Assembly (NCBI GenBank): GCA_038227875.1 | Contig: JBBRPR010000035.1 | Span: forward strand, 22,336 to 86,335 | Reading direction: 5' to 3' | Length of the DNA stretch: 64,000 nt | From: Planctomycetota bacterium | Lineage (GTDB): Bacteria > Planctomycetota > SZUA-567 > H5-PLA8 | In this document: positions 9,539 to 19,620 of the stretch, in pieces | Layout of the letters: every line of letters starts with the position of its first letter | Numbering within the stretch: position 1 is the first letter of the stretch | Made by a program: the position numbers and the translations under genes | Notes under the pieces: model-generated | Told to the model about the DNA's origin: nothing | Database searches by the model: none | Seen by the model: only the letters and a program-made list of their open reading frames with translations

Positions 9539-10771
9539 TCACTTCGGCGGCTTGCAGATGTAAACCTTCTTGTCCGCGCCGGCGATCCACGCCAGGCATT
9601 CCAGCTTCGGCACATAGCACAGGAAGGAATACCATGCACCCGTGATTCCGGCCGCGTCGCAGTCGGGCATCTCCTGATTCAATTTCACCGTCTCGGTGGT
9701 CCACGGTTCCGTGAGCGGATTGGCGGCCGGCGGTTTCAGCCGGATCAGCGTCGCGCCGCCGTTTTTCACGGGCCGAAAGTAGAAGCAACCATCCGGCGGA
9801 TAAAACACGAAGCGGTTGGGCTCCGCGCCCGATTCAGGCAGCTTGTCCTTAAATGGCAGAACCTTCCAACCTTCACCGGGCTTGTCGAGCTGAAAGGCGT
9901 GAAGCTCGTTTCCAGCGACGTCAATGATCAGGCGCCGCACCGGATCCAGAAACGCCTGCCCGCCGCCGCCAAACGCGGGCCAGCCATACTGCGGCGTCGT
10001 GGCGTTCAGCTTCGACCAATCCGCCGCATCGTAGTACGGCAGATCCTTGCGCTTCTCGATTCCGCCGATGCCGTAATACCGGCCCAATTTTTCATCGAAG
10101 ATCACCGCTGTATAAATCCCACACAGACGGGGATGGTCCGCGGACGTCAGCCGCGACCACTTTTTCGTATCGAGGTTCAGCACGTGCGGTCCGCGTCCGC
10201 CGCCGCCGTCTCCCGTGACCGCTCCGCGTCCCAAAATCAGCACCGAACCCTTCGGCCCGCCGCCCAGCGCTTTGGGCAGCTCCGATTCGTTCAGGTACGG
10301 ATGCCCCGGCAGCGGCACCTCCGAGTCCTTCCATTCCTGCCACGCATCGCCAGTGGAATGCTGCGCACAGTAAGCCGTGCCGCCACTGACTGTGGGGACG
10401 CCATTGGCGTTTTCGAAGCCCTTCCACTTCGCGTCATCAAAATCGAAGATCGCCGCGCCCATGACCTGCACCGGCGCCGCGTGCCCGCCCGTGCAGGTGA
10501 TCACATAAGCGCCGCGCGTCGAATAATCGCGCACGAACGTTCCGCCGCCAAACGCACCGAAAAACGCAATGCCCATGCTCTCCGGCTTCAGATTGAAAAC
10601 CGCCGCGATGTCCGTCAGCTTGTTCTCGCCAATCGCCGTAACGTTCCCCGGCGTCGGCACCGCGTACGGCGGCTCCGCTCCACGCACACTGACGCAGAGC
10701 ACCAGCACCGATAGCGCCAATACCATTCTGATTCGTGTGAGTCCCATTGCCTCGCGCTCCTTCAGATTCAT
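9539..10771 (-). CDS. Secreted beta-propeller-like hypothetical protein
   Basis: Signal peptide, Gly/Trp-rich repeats; ATGA overlap with the upstream stop. Confidence 0.65.
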   Translation of the reverse strand: MNLKEREAMGLTRIRMVLALSVLVLCVSVRGAEPPYAVPTPGNVTAIGENKLTDIAAVFNLKPESMGIAFFGAFGGGTFVRDYSTRGAYVITCTGGHAAPVQVMGAAIFDFDDAKWKGFENANGVPTVSGGTAYCAQHSTGDAWQEWKDSEVPLPGHPYLNESELPKALGGGPKGSVLILGRGAVTGDGGGGRGPHVLNLDTKKWSRLTSADHPRLCGIYTAVIFDEKLGRYYGIGGIEKRKDLPYYDAADWSKLNATTPQYGWPAFGGGGQAFLDPVRRLIIDVAGNELHAFQLDKPGEGWKVLPFKDKLPESGAEPNRFVFYPPDGCFYFRPVKNGGATLIRLKPPAANPLTEPWTTETVKLNQEMPDCDAAGITGAWYSFLCYVPKLECLAWIAGADKKVYICKPPK

Positions 10772-12642
10772 TCCCGCACCACCCGCAAAATCATCGTCGC
10801 ACACGGCGCCAGCCGCAGCGGCCCGTCCATCGGAATTTCACGCGTCGTCAGGGGGTCCAGCCACGTCTGCTTTCCCCGCGCGGCGACCTCGACCGAAAAC
10901 TCCAGCGCCGTCGTCGCTTCATGACAGAAGATGTAGAAGTCTTCGCCCGACTTCCGCACGTGGCGGCAGCGCAGCTTGGGCTGCGCGGGCGTCACCGTCA
11001 CATCCGCGCGCATCAGCACACCCAGCGCCGAGAGCAGCGCGTCCGGCGTGGCCGTGTCCACTGTTCGCGGAGGAAGATTCGCGGCTTTGGTTCCGTACAC
11101 AATCAGCCGCCCCGCGTTGGCCAGAATTTCCAGCGCCGGCAAGGCCTGCGCCGGGACGCGTTCGAAGCCATCGACAATCAGCGCCGAATAATGCTGCCCG
11201 GCGATGCGAATGCCGGAGGCATCCGTCCGCGCGTCCTCCCAAAGGTGCCGCGCTTCCAGATAGTTAAAGTCACGCTGCTGCGCAAAACACGCAGCGGCGG
11301 CGCGCCACGGCAGCGCATCGGATTCACCCAGGATCGAGATGCCGCAGACGTGTTCGCAGTCGGTGTTCAGCCACGAAAGCCGCCGGCAGAAATCCGCGTA
11401 CGCTTTGTACTCGCCCCACCACGCGCTGTTGGGCCCCACGTCCGGCGGGCGTTCGTCTTTCCGACAGCCGCGGATGGAATAGTAAAACGCATGAGGCACG
11501 AGCAGATTAACGCCGCGCACGAAGCACCAATCGGTCAGCGCTTTCATTTCGTCCCACGTCAGTTCGTGGCCATACGCGCCGAAGCATTCGTTGGAATTTC
11601 TGCGCCGAGCCAGATGCAGCATTGCCGACGAGCCGCACTTCCCCTGCGTGGATTCCTTGCCTTCAATGGCGCTGGCTTCGTGAGCCAACACGCGTCGCCA
11701 GACCAGGTCCTGTCCCGGAATGTGAAAGTACCGCTCCAGCCCGATATCATCCGACTCGCCCGGATGCCCCGTTAGAAAAACGTTGTGCTTCGTGCACCAC
11801 ACTGAGAGCTGCCGGTAGTACGTCTGCTCCAGCCGGAAACCCAGCGCGCGGTGGTAGTCTTCACGGAAGCGTTTCGCGTCCGGCTCGTCGTCAAACCACA
11901 ACGCGGGAAGATGCGGCGTGAAGTCGTAGCCGAGAAACTTGTTGACGTGCTCCAGAATCCCCGTCGTGCCGGGCTGGATCCGCTTCTCATTGCAGCGGCC
12001 GACCAGACTGGGTTCGTCGGTGAAGATGCCAATGATCGTCGTGCCAAATTCCGCGCCGAATTCCGCCGCGAACTTATCGTAAACCAGACGGATGAACGAC
12101 CGTACCGCCTCCGGATTCAGCAGATCGCTGGCCGGCGGCTCGTCTTCGTCCGGTCCTTCTCCGATCAAATGAATGCCGCGGATCCCCGAATTGATCGGCC
12201 GGTCGATGATCGCCACACGCTGGCCATTCCGGCGCGGCACCGTAGCCAACAACGTCCAGCCGGGTTTCAGCACCGGCGCTTCGCCGTTGACTTCCACGCA
12301 CGCCAGTCCGCGGCAGGCGTGGGCCGGATTGGCCGCCACAACCTGGCCGCTCGACGACCCCGACGGATACATGCCCTCGTCGTAGAGAATGACGTAAAGC
12401 CCGCGCGCCTTCGCCTCATCGACGGCCACGTGGACGAAGCCCAGCAACTTCTCCGACATCCACCCCGTGTCGCGCGGCAATCCCACGCGCGGATGGATCA
12501 CGAACCCGTAGACGCCGTGCGCTTCGAAGTCGGCGATCTGCCGTCGGATCTCGGCGGCATCGAGCGTGTCGTTCCAGAACCAGAACGGCAGCACCGAAAA
12601 CTCGCGCGGCGGGTTCCGAAATTCATCCAGCAGTGCGGTCAT
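10768..12642 (-). CDS. Glycoside hydrolase, GH106-like
   Basis: PFWFWN, GFVIHPRVGL, LYDEGMYPSG, GIFTDEP and NECFGAYG motifs. Confidence 0.75.
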   Translation of the reverse strand: MTALLDEFRNPPREFSVLPFWFWNDTLDAAEIRRQIADFEAHGVYGFVIHPRVGLPRDTGWMSEKLLGFVHVAVDEAKARGLYVILYDEGMYPSGSSSGQVVAANPAHACRGLACVEVNGEAPVLKPGWTLLATVPRRNGQRVAIIDRPINSGIRGIHLIGEGPDEDEPPASDLLNPEAVRSFIRLVYDKFAAEFGAEFGTTIIGIFTDEPSLVGRCNEKRIQPGTTGILEHVNKFLGYDFTPHLPALWFDDEPDAKRFREDYHRALGFRLEQTYYRQLSVWCTKHNVFLTGHPGESDDIGLERYFHIPGQDLVWRRVLAHEASAIEGKESTQGKCGSSAMLHLARRRNSNECFGAYGHELTWDEMKALTDWCFVRGVNLLVPHAFYYSIRGCRKDERPPDVGPNSAWWGEYKAYADFCRRLSWLNTDCEHVCGISILGESDALPWRAAAACFAQQRDFNYLEARHLWEDARTDASGIRIAGQHYSALIVDGFERVPAQALPALEILANAGRLIVYGTKAANLPPRTVDTATPDALLSALGVLMRADVTVTPAQPKLRCRHVRKSGEDFYIFCHEATTALEFSVEVAARGKQTWLDPLTTREIPMDGPLRLAPCATMILRVVRE

Positions 12643-12679
12643 GCTCGTCTCCAGAGGTCTGTATCAGCTTTGCATTCCA

Positions 12680-12818
12680 AACAGGTGGGATCGGGGATCG
12701 GGGATCGGGCATCGGTCAGTTCGGGGGCGCCCGTTACCTGCATCGCATTTTCGCTTCGATTGAGCTTCACGGACGCGCCTTCCAAAAAGCAGATGCCCGA
12801 TCCCCGATCCCATCTGTT
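12680..12818. repeat. Inverted repeat built from (GGGATCG)n heptamers
   Basis: Left arm aacaggtgggatcggggatcggggatcgggcatc; right arm gatgcccgatccccgatcccatctgtt. Confidence 0.85.
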
Positions 12819-12847
12819 CCTTTGGCGTCCCATTTCCTTGGGAAGTA

Positions 12848-15031
12848 TCATTTCTTGTAGCGGTACGCGTATGGCACATTGTTTTCGAGGAAGATAATCG
12901 CGTTGTGCCGCACGTCGTAGCCCGACGGCATGTTGTCGGTCAGCGGCGGCATCTTGAAATCCGCGGGCAGCTTCGGCGTGATTTTCTCCCAGCGGTTTTC
13001 TTTGACGATGTACGCCCACATGTCGTTGGGGTTGCCGCCGTTCCAGTGCGTGCCGCCGCCCAGTAGAATCGCCACGTCGTTCTTCGAGTCGTAGACCAGC
13101 CCGTATTTGTGATTTCGCGTCGGAGGCTGTCCCTGCGCTTTCAAATCCGTCCACGTGTTCGTCGCCGGGTCGAAGGACATCGTGCGGTTGGGCGTGTCCT
13201 CCTTATCGGTCACGCTCGACAGTGCCAGGAAAAACTTCTTGGTCGTGATGTAGGGCATGTGCCGGTACTCCGGGCCTCCCGGCGCGCCCGGCGTGTCTTT
13301 GACATTCCACGCTTGAGCTTTGATGTCGAAGACGTGCGTCTTGTCCTTATCGACGGTCACCGCAGCAACGAGATGATCGGGATCTTCCTCCAGCCCCGTG
13401 TTGTGTCCGGGAAAGGTTCCGCCGCCGGGCACCAGCGTGAATTTGTCGGCTCGCGAATCGTACGTAAACGAGCCGTCCGTGTAGCCGGGCATCGGGCAAG
13501 CCGGTCCGGAACCCGCGCCGCCCATGAACCAGAGAAGCTTGCGGCTGGAATCATGAAAGATGGAGCGTGAACACGCAGTGCGCGGACGCAGCGCGCCGGC
13601 CACATCGCACACACGCCGCACCAGCCAGCGCTCGTGGCCTGGATCGTAGAGCGACAGGTTATTTCCATACCCGGACCAATAGGGACTGACTCCGTTGCCG
13701 CAGCCGCCGTACTTCGCGAAGACTCCCAATTCCGGATCGTAACACCACGGCACTTCGGCGCCGAGCATCACGCCGCCGCCGAGCGGAATCAGCGTGTTGT
13801 CGCCCATTTCCGTGAGGTGTGGATTGAGCGGCGAGGGCAGCGTCTGGCGAATTTCCTTCAGCGAATCCGCGGCACCTTCCGCGGGCGGATTCGACGCGGC
13901 CTTGCCCACCGTCGGCACAAATCCATTGGCGATGCATTCCTTGCCCGGCTCCGCGGCCGGATCGTAACGGAACGCCCAGACGCCCAAGTCCGCGTCGGCG
14001 AGCAGGAAGCGTTTGCGGTCGGTGTCGTATGCGAGTGCCTGGCGGTAGCACATCACCGTCGGAGGGTCGGCGCTTTTCATCGGCGTCGGCCCCGGTGTCT
14101 TGATTTCTTTCCATTCTTTCTTTGCCGTATCGAACACCCACGTGTCGTTGAGCTGATCGGCGTTGGGTCCCTTGTCGCCAGCGCTGAGGCCATGGAGTAT
14201 CACGACTTTGTTGTCCGGATCGTAGGCGATCACCGAACGCATGCGCACGGAGGGACTGGCGCCGGTTGTCATCAGTTTTTCCCACTTCTTTGCCTCTGGA
14301 TCGAAGCTATACGCGAGCATGCTTTTACTCTTGTCGAAATCGCCGTCGATCGAGATGACCCGGCCCAGTCCCGCATCGAAGGTCATCGAAAGAATATGTC
14401 CGCCCCACGCCGGTTGCGGGCCCTGCGGTGTGTTCACGGTCTCCCACTTCCCGTCAGTGAGATTACAGACCATCGTCACGGCGCCCAGGCCCGTGCTCGC
14501 AGGCCACGGCGCAGCGACGGCGATGCCGTGAACCGGATCGACGCAAACTTTCCCCAGGTTCTTCGGCAGTTCCTTGCTGATCGGCTTGAAGTTATTCCCC
14601 GCCGGGTCGTAGCTCCAGATGCCGGTGCTGCCCGTAAACCCGCAGGCCAAACCGCCGGCCAGCAGCACGCGTTTACTCTTCTCGTCGTAGCGGATGTCCC
14701 AGCTGCAGCCGCCGCCCGGGCGGTCGTCGGGATAGTTCTCGTCTTCCGCAAAGAGGCGCTTCCATTTTCCCGTCGCCGGATCGAACTGATCGAGCGCATT
14801 GGAAAAGCGCGGCGTGTAACCGCCGTAGCGCAGGAAGACTTTCTTCACTGGCTCGTAGCACCACGTCGCCGCGCGGCCCGGCGGAATTTCGCGCCCTTCC
14901 GCGTCGCCGGGACAATCGGCGATGCGCACCCACGTGTTGGCCGGAATGTCCGCCCCTCGCGCCACACCGCGAAGCGCAGCAACGCAGAGCACGCAAGCCA
15001 GCAGTAATTTCGTTCGCAGTCGATGCATCAC
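12848..15031 (-). CDS. Secreted Kelch-repeat protein
   Basis: Signal peptide; repeated YD....LxGG.....W.YD....W units. Confidence 0.8.
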   Translation of the reverse strand: MMHRLRTKLLLACVLCVAALRGVARGADIPANTWVRIADCPGDAEGREIPPGRAATWCYEPVKKVFLRYGGYTPRFSNALDQFDPATGKWKRLFAEDENYPDDRPGGGCSWDIRYDEKSKRVLLAGGLACGFTGSTGIWSYDPAGNNFKPISKELPKNLGKVCVDPVHGIAVAAPWPASTGLGAVTMVCNLTDGKWETVNTPQGPQPAWGGHILSMTFDAGLGRVISIDGDFDKSKSMLAYSFDPEAKKWEKLMTTGASPSVRMRSVIAYDPDNKVVILHGLSAGDKGPNADQLNDTWVFDTAKKEWKEIKTPGPTPMKSADPPTVMCYRQALAYDTDRKRFLLADADLGVWAFRYDPAAEPGKECIANGFVPTVGKAASNPPAEGAADSLKEIRQTLPSPLNPHLTEMGDNTLIPLGGGVMLGAEVPWCYDPELGVFAKYGGCGNGVSPYWSGYGNNLSLYDPGHERWLVRRVCDVAGALRPRTACSRSIFHDSSRKLLWFMGGAGSGPACPMPGYTDGSFTYDSRADKFTLVPGGGTFPGHNTGLEEDPDHLVAAVTVDKDKTHVFDIKAQAWNVKDTPGAPGGPEYRHMPYITTKKFFLALSSVTDKEDTPNRTMSFDPATNTWTDLKAQGQPPTRNHKYGLVYDSKNDVAILLGGGTHWNGGNPNDMWAYIVKENRWEKITPKLPADFKMPPLTDNMPSGYDVRHNAIIFLENNVPYAYRYKK

Positions 15032-15060
15032 ACACCCCCGAAAAAATCATGGTTCAAAAT

Positions 15061-15687
15061 TCAAGACACGAGCGCTGTACGAATCGCCGCCGCTACGGAC
15101 GTCGCCAGCGCGGCCGATCCGGCCTCGGTAAAATGAACGTTCATCGGGCACTGAATTTCTGCCACACGCGCCTGCGCAAAAGCGAAGAGGTCGTGGGTCG
15201 GAATTTTAAGCTCGTCCATCACGCCGGCCGCCGCGTGGTTATAAAGCGGCGCGTCTTTCGCATTTCGCGGCGGCGAGAGATTGTCCTCGGGAACCGGCGT
15301 GGTGCTGCACCAGACCACCCGCCGCGCCGCCGCCTGGTAACCGCGCGCGAGCATCTTCAAATTCGCCGTGTACTCCTGCAGCGGGACCTGATTGACGCCG
15401 TCGATCAACTTCATGTCATGCAGGCCGTAGTTGAAATGGATCACGTCCCAGCGCGTCTGCCCCAGCATCTCCGCATTTTTCTCCAGCCCCGTGCGCGTAT
15501 GCGCGCAGTTGTAGGGCGGACGGTGCACGTTGGCCGTGCCGGCCAGCTGCGCGCGCACCGGCAGCGTGTAGCCGATGGAAATTGAATCGCCGAGCAGCAG
15601 CACATTTGGCAATCCCGCCTGCACCACAGGCGGCAACAGCGCCGGATCCACTTTCTGTTCACCGCCCGGTTCTGGAACCAAAGCCAT
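15061..15687 (-). CDS. SGNH/GDSL hydrolase
   Basis: LLLGDSIS, HFNYGLHD and NVHF motifs. Confidence 0.9.
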   Translation of the reverse strand: MALVPEPGGEQKVDPALLPPVVQAGLPNVLLLGDSISIGYTLPVRAQLAGTANVHRPPYNCAHTRTGLEKNAEMLGQTRWDVIHFNYGLHDMKLIDGVNQVPLQEYTANLKMLARGYQAAARRVVWCSTTPVPEDNLSPPRNAKDAPLYNHAAAGVMDELKIPTHDLFAFAQARVAEIQCPMNVHFTEAGSAALATSVAAAIRTALVS

Positions 15688-15714
15688 CGCGTCAACTCCT
15701 CAATCGTTTTGAAT

Positions 15715-16812
15715 TCAACGCGTTTTCGGCGCTTCGTCCGACAGCCGCAGTCGCGCCGGAACTTTCAGCAGCACCGTCGGCAACTGCGCATTCATGCGCC
15801 GCTCCACCAGCCGCGCGATCGCCAGCCGCGTCAGCTCCGTGGCGCTCCACACCATCGCCGGCGGCACCGGTCCGCCGCCAAACAGCGCGCAGTACTTGGA
15901 GTACTCTTCTTCCGGAGTCCAGCCGATCACATCCAGATCGCGTCCCAACACCAGGCCCAGCTCGTTGGCCGCACGCGTGATCTCGCTGACCGCGTCGGAC
16001 CAGAGTGCCAACACCGCCGTCGGCCGGTCCGGCCGCGAAAGCATCGCGCGCGCTGTCGCTGCGACCATCGCGCGCGGCGTGTCGAGCATCAGCTCCGGTT
16101 GAAACAAGCCCGCCGCGCTCAGCGACGCCGCCACTCCGCCGAAGCGCTCGTGGCTCTGCACCGTCTCGCTGATCGGTCCCAGCCAGCCGATGCGTTTGTG
16201 ACCGCGTGAAATCAGATGCCGCGTCGCCACCATGCCGCCCTGGAACGAATCCTGCACGATCGCATCCAGGCGCATCTCCGCATCCCACGAATCCATCATC
16301 ACCGTCGGCAAGCCCATGTTCGCGACCTCATCGAGCAGCGCCGCGTTCATGCTGTCGATCACCAGCCCGCAGACGCGCCGCTCGCGCAGTTGCGTCACGA
16401 TCTCCTTGCTCGAACGTTTGCCAGCACCCACGGCGAGCAGCGACCAGCCGCGATCAGAAACGGCCTTCTGCACGCCCGTTACCAGCCGTGTGTAAAATTC
16501 ATTCCACTGATCCACACGCTCGACCGTCGAGACCAGGAACGCGATCGGCATCCCGCGCTCCGGATCGTTGGCGCGCGCCATCACCCGGAAACCGTGGCGC
16601 GGTTCGGAGGAGAGCAAGCCTTCCGCGACCAACTGCCGCGCCGCGCGCCGTGCCGTCTCCGACGAGACGCCATGCTGCGCGCCGAGTTCCTTCATCGACG
16701 GCAGCACGTTCCCGACGGCAATTCCGCCCGAAGCCAGGAACGCACGGAGCTGCTCTGCCAGCCACTGGTATCCTTTATCGTGCGTCTCGGGGACGTTTTC
16801 AGTGACAACCAT
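15715..16812 (-). CDS. GntR-HTH plus LacI-type ligand-binding regulator
   Basis: LPSMKELGAQHGVSSETARRA HTH; HLISRGHKRIGWL and RPTAV motifs. Confidence 0.9.
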   Translation of the reverse strand: MVVTENVPETHDKGYQWLAEQLRAFLASGGIAVGNVLPSMKELGAQHGVSSETARRAARQLVAEGLLSSEPRHGFRVMARANDPERGMPIAFLVSTVERVDQWNEFYTRLVTGVQKAVSDRGWSLLAVGAGKRSSKEIVTQLRERRVCGLVIDSMNAALLDEVANMGLPTVMMDSWDAEMRLDAIVQDSFQGGMVATRHLISRGHKRIGWLGPISETVQSHERFGGVAASLSAAGLFQPELMLDTPRAMVAATARAMLSRPDRPTAVLALWSDAVSEITRAANELGLVLGRDLDVIGWTPEEEYSKYCALFGGGPVPPAMVWSATELTRLAIARLVERRMNAQLPTVLLKVPARLRLSDEAPKTR

Positions 16813-16964
16813 TTTTTAGCGTCCATGCACCGTTATATTTGGTATTAATTAGCCTCTGGTGACAACATCTACTTCAATCGGTGAAAACAATACACCGTGT
16901 CAGAGCGCCTGTCATCACGAATCCGGAAGGATTTTTCGATTGCGAGCGGGGAGGGTATAAAAAG

Positions 16965-17002
16965 CGTGGAACCCTGCCGCCAATTGGCGGCAGGGTTCCA
17001 CG
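16965..17002 (-). terminator. Probable intrinsic terminator of hsp20 (38-bp perfect palindrome)
   Basis: CGTGGAACCCTGCCGCCAATTGGCGGCAGGGTTCCACG followed by CTTTTT on the minus strand. Confidence 0.75.
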
Positions 17003-17064
17003 GACGACCTTAAGATTGTCAGGCGCACGGAGCGCCTGTGCGACACTGGTTTCCAGCCAGTGTT

Positions 17065-17553
17065 TTACGCGGACTTGACGGCGATCTTCCGCGAGCTGTT
17101 CTTCGCTTCGAAGGTCTTGGGAAGTTTCACCGTCAGGACACCGTTCTTGAAATTCGCGTCCACCTTTTCCATCTCCACCTCCCGCGGGAGCGTGAAGGAG
17201 CGTTGGAAGCTGCCGTAGCTGCATTCGTAACGGTGGAAGTCCTTTTCCTTGGCTTCCTTCTCCTCCTTCTTCTCGCCGCGAATGGTCAACACGCCGTCGT
17301 CCAGCGTCACGTCAACGTCCTTCTGATCGACGCCGGGCAGTTCGGCCGTGACCTGAATCTCCTGGTCGGTCTCCGCGATATTTACTTTCGGGGACCAATT
17401 CTCGTACTTTCCGGCATTGGCCGGCGCGAGATTAAAGTTGCGATTGAACTGTTCGAACATCCTGTTCATCTCGCGATGCATGGCGGTGAACGGATCTTCG
17501 TTCGCCTCGGGCCGCCGGGCCAACGAGGCCTTTGCTTTCTCCAACAGGCCCAT
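17065..17553 (-). CDS. Hsp20/alpha-crystallin small heat-shock protein
   Basis: AELPGV, LTIRGEK, YGSFQRSFTLP, ANFKNGVLTVKLPK. SD AAGGAG before ATG 17553. Confidence 0.95.
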   Translation of the reverse strand: MGLLEKAKASLARRPEANEDPFTAMHREMNRMFEQFNRNFNLAPANAGKYENWSPKVNIAETDQEIQVTAELPGVDQKDVDVTLDDGVLTIRGEKKEEKEAKEKDFHRYECSYGSFQRSFTLPREVEMEKVDANFKNGVLTVKLPKTFEAKNSSRKIAVKSA

Positions 17554-17622
17554 GATAGTTTCTCCTTGCACCCTTAATCCGAATTCCGCCAGAGCCGCTC
17601 TCTGGCGTCCGAAAAAAGCAGA

Positions 17623-17638
17623 AGCAGACGGAATGCCA
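17623..17638 (-). promoter_or_regulatory. Putative sigma54 (-24/-12) promoter of hsp20
   Basis: TGGCATTCCGTCTGCT with exact GG-N10-GC spacing, about 70 bp upstream of the ATG. Confidence 0.55.
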
Positions 17639-17856
17639 TTGAAAATCGACCTGCAGTTCTTGCTGCAAACCGCTGCCGTCTACTTCATTACGCGAGTCTG
17701 CATGGCGTGCAGTCCGCGCTGATTTTTGGCGCGCTTGAGTTTACGATTGCCGCGCGCGAAAAAGTGTTCCGCGCTACGTTGTGCTTACTTTTTTCGAATC
17801 TGAAAAACCGTCACGCATAGGATGTCATTTCTGCAAACCAGTTGCATTCCGACCCG

Positions 17857-18777
17857 TCAATTTGACACATTTCGTTTCCGCCATTCCCGCGGAGAGCACT
17901 CCTTTCGTTTCTGAAACTGGCGATTGAACGACGAGAGCGTCTGGAAGCCCGTGTCGTAGGCGATCTGGGTCACCGGGGCCTTGGTTCCGGTGAGCAGACA
18001 CGCCGCCATCGAGATGCGATAGCCGAGCACGTAGTCCCGCGGACTAACACCCAATTGCGACGCGAAGACGCGGCGGAAATGGCTGCTGCTCATGAAGCAC
18101 GCCCGCGCCAGCCGGCTCAGCGCCAGCGGTTTGGCGTAATCACGCGCGATCAGCTTCAACGCGGGCTCCAGCGTCTGCATGCGCTCGTACGAGCGCGCTC
18201 CAGGGGCGGCACTCAACTCGGGCTGCATGTGGGCGTTCGAAAGTTGCGCACGGCGGTGGAGTTCCACCAGCACGCGGATCACGTGGGCGTGAATCGCGTC
18301 GCGAAAGTGCGGGCGTCGCGCGCGGAATTCATGGATCAGTTCCTTCACGGACGCGCAGAGTTCCGGCGACGCTTCCGGACGAAAGCGGTTGTCGAAGCGC
18401 GCCCCGCAGCAGCTGCTCAAGTCCAGCAGCGCCGGATCGGCCGCCGCGCCGAGCAGCCGGACGGGGTCGACGAACAGGAACGTCCAGTCGCTGGGCGTGC
18501 CGCACGGCGGGTACGCGAAGTGAGCCTCGAGACTGCTGATCACGTAAATGTCGCCGCCGCGAAACGGGTAGACCTTGTCTTCAACCATGAAAACACCGTC
18601 GCCGGAATGGCAGACGCCGATCTCGAGGACATCATGGACATGAAACGGTCCGCGATCGCGCCGCTTGTGGGTGTAGTCGACGACATGAAAAGGAAAGGCC
18701 GGGTCCAGCTTCCAGGGCTCAAAGGTGACCTGCCGCTGACTTGAGCGTTTCTGCATAGTTTTGGAGCGCGTCTGCAT
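17857..18777 (-). CDS. AraC-family regulator with cupin domain
   Basis: HVHDVLEIG cupin; IAYDTGFQTLSSFNRQFQK HTH. Confidence 0.93.
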   Translation of the reverse strand: MQTRSKTMQKRSSQRQVTFEPWKLDPAFPFHVVDYTHKRRDRGPFHVHDVLEIGVCHSGDGVFMVEDKVYPFRGGDIYVISSLEAHFAYPPCGTPSDWTFLFVDPVRLLGAAADPALLDLSSCCGARFDNRFRPEASPELCASVKELIHEFRARRPHFRDAIHAHVIRVLVELHRRAQLSNAHMQPELSAAPGARSYERMQTLEPALKLIARDYAKPLALSRLARACFMSSSHFRRVFASQLGVSPRDYVLGYRISMAACLLTGTKAPVTQIAYDTGFQTLSSFNRQFQKRKECSPREWRKRNVSN

Positions 18778-18806
18778 AGCTTCTCCCTTATGACGCCGAC
18801 TATACT
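18743..18806 (+). promoter_or_regulatory. AraC-type tandem sites plus -10 of the divergent gene
   Basis: GAGCGTTTCTGCATAG and GAGCGCGTCTGCATAG at 21-bp period; TATACT at 18801-18806. Confidence 0.55.
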
Positions 18807-18852
18807 GTGCACGAACGATCGAGGCAATTCTTAACCCATTTTCTCATACGGA

Positions 18853-19614
18853 GTGAAACTGAAGATGCCGACGCCCCGTCAAAGTGTGCTCGAAAAAGGT
18901 TACGTGGTGCTGGAACGCGTTTACAGCGAGCAGGATTGCCGCGAGATGCGCGCGATTTTCCGCGAGGTCTGGGAGCGTTCGGGCAAGCCGGGAACCGGCT
19001 CAACGTTCGGGTTCGTTATGCACCCGGTCCTGAAGTACGCCCCGGAACTCGCCCGCTTCTACGCGCGGCAAGACGTCGTGGACGCGCTGACCGATGTCTT
19101 TCAAGACGCGCCACGGCTGGCGCATTCCGGCGCGCTGATGAGCGACAGTTCGCGCCACTTCACCGACTGGCACTACCACCGTTCCGACATCACCGATGCC
19201 AGCGCCTGGAATCCCGCGCGCACCGACCGGCCCGCGGGAATCGAACGCGTGCTGGGCAACATCTACGTCGACGGCTCCAACGACGACTTGGGACCGCTGC
19301 TGCTCTATCCCCGCCGCATCGACGACGTCCTCGCTCCGCCCCACGCCGCGCGCACCGGCGACTGGCCGGGACAGACGGTCCTGTATGCCCCGCCGGGTTC
19401 GATGGTGATCTTCGAACAGAGCGTCTGGCACGCCGCGCGACCGGCCCGGACGAACGGGCTGCGCCATCTCTTCGGCGGACACTATCAGGCCTGGAGCAAC
19501 TCCACCCCGCACCGCGAAGACAATCACTACGATGGCGAGGATCTGCAGCGCTACAAAACGGAACTCCCCCTCTTTAAGTCGCTCGTCGAACGCGCCGCCT
19601 GCCCGGTGAGCTGA
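18853..19614 (+). CDS. Phytanoyl-CoA dioxygenase (PhyH)-like protein
   Basis: EKGYVVLE, DWHYH, GPLLLYP and GSMVIFEQSVWHAA motifs. Alternative start ATG 18865. Confidence 0.75.
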   Translation: MKLKMPTPRQSVLEKGYVVLERVYSEQDCREMRAIFREVWERSGKPGTGSTFGFVMHPVLKYAPELARFYARQDVVDALTDVFQDAPRLAHSGALMSDSSRHFTDWHYHRSDITDASAWNPARTDRPAGIERVLGNIYVDGSNDDLGPLLLYPRRIDDVLAPPHAARTGDWPGQTVLYAPPGSMVIFEQSVWHAARPARTNGLRHLFGGHYQAWSNSTPHREDNHYDGEDLQRYKTELPLFKSLVERAACPVS

Positions 19615-19620
19615 ACGACG

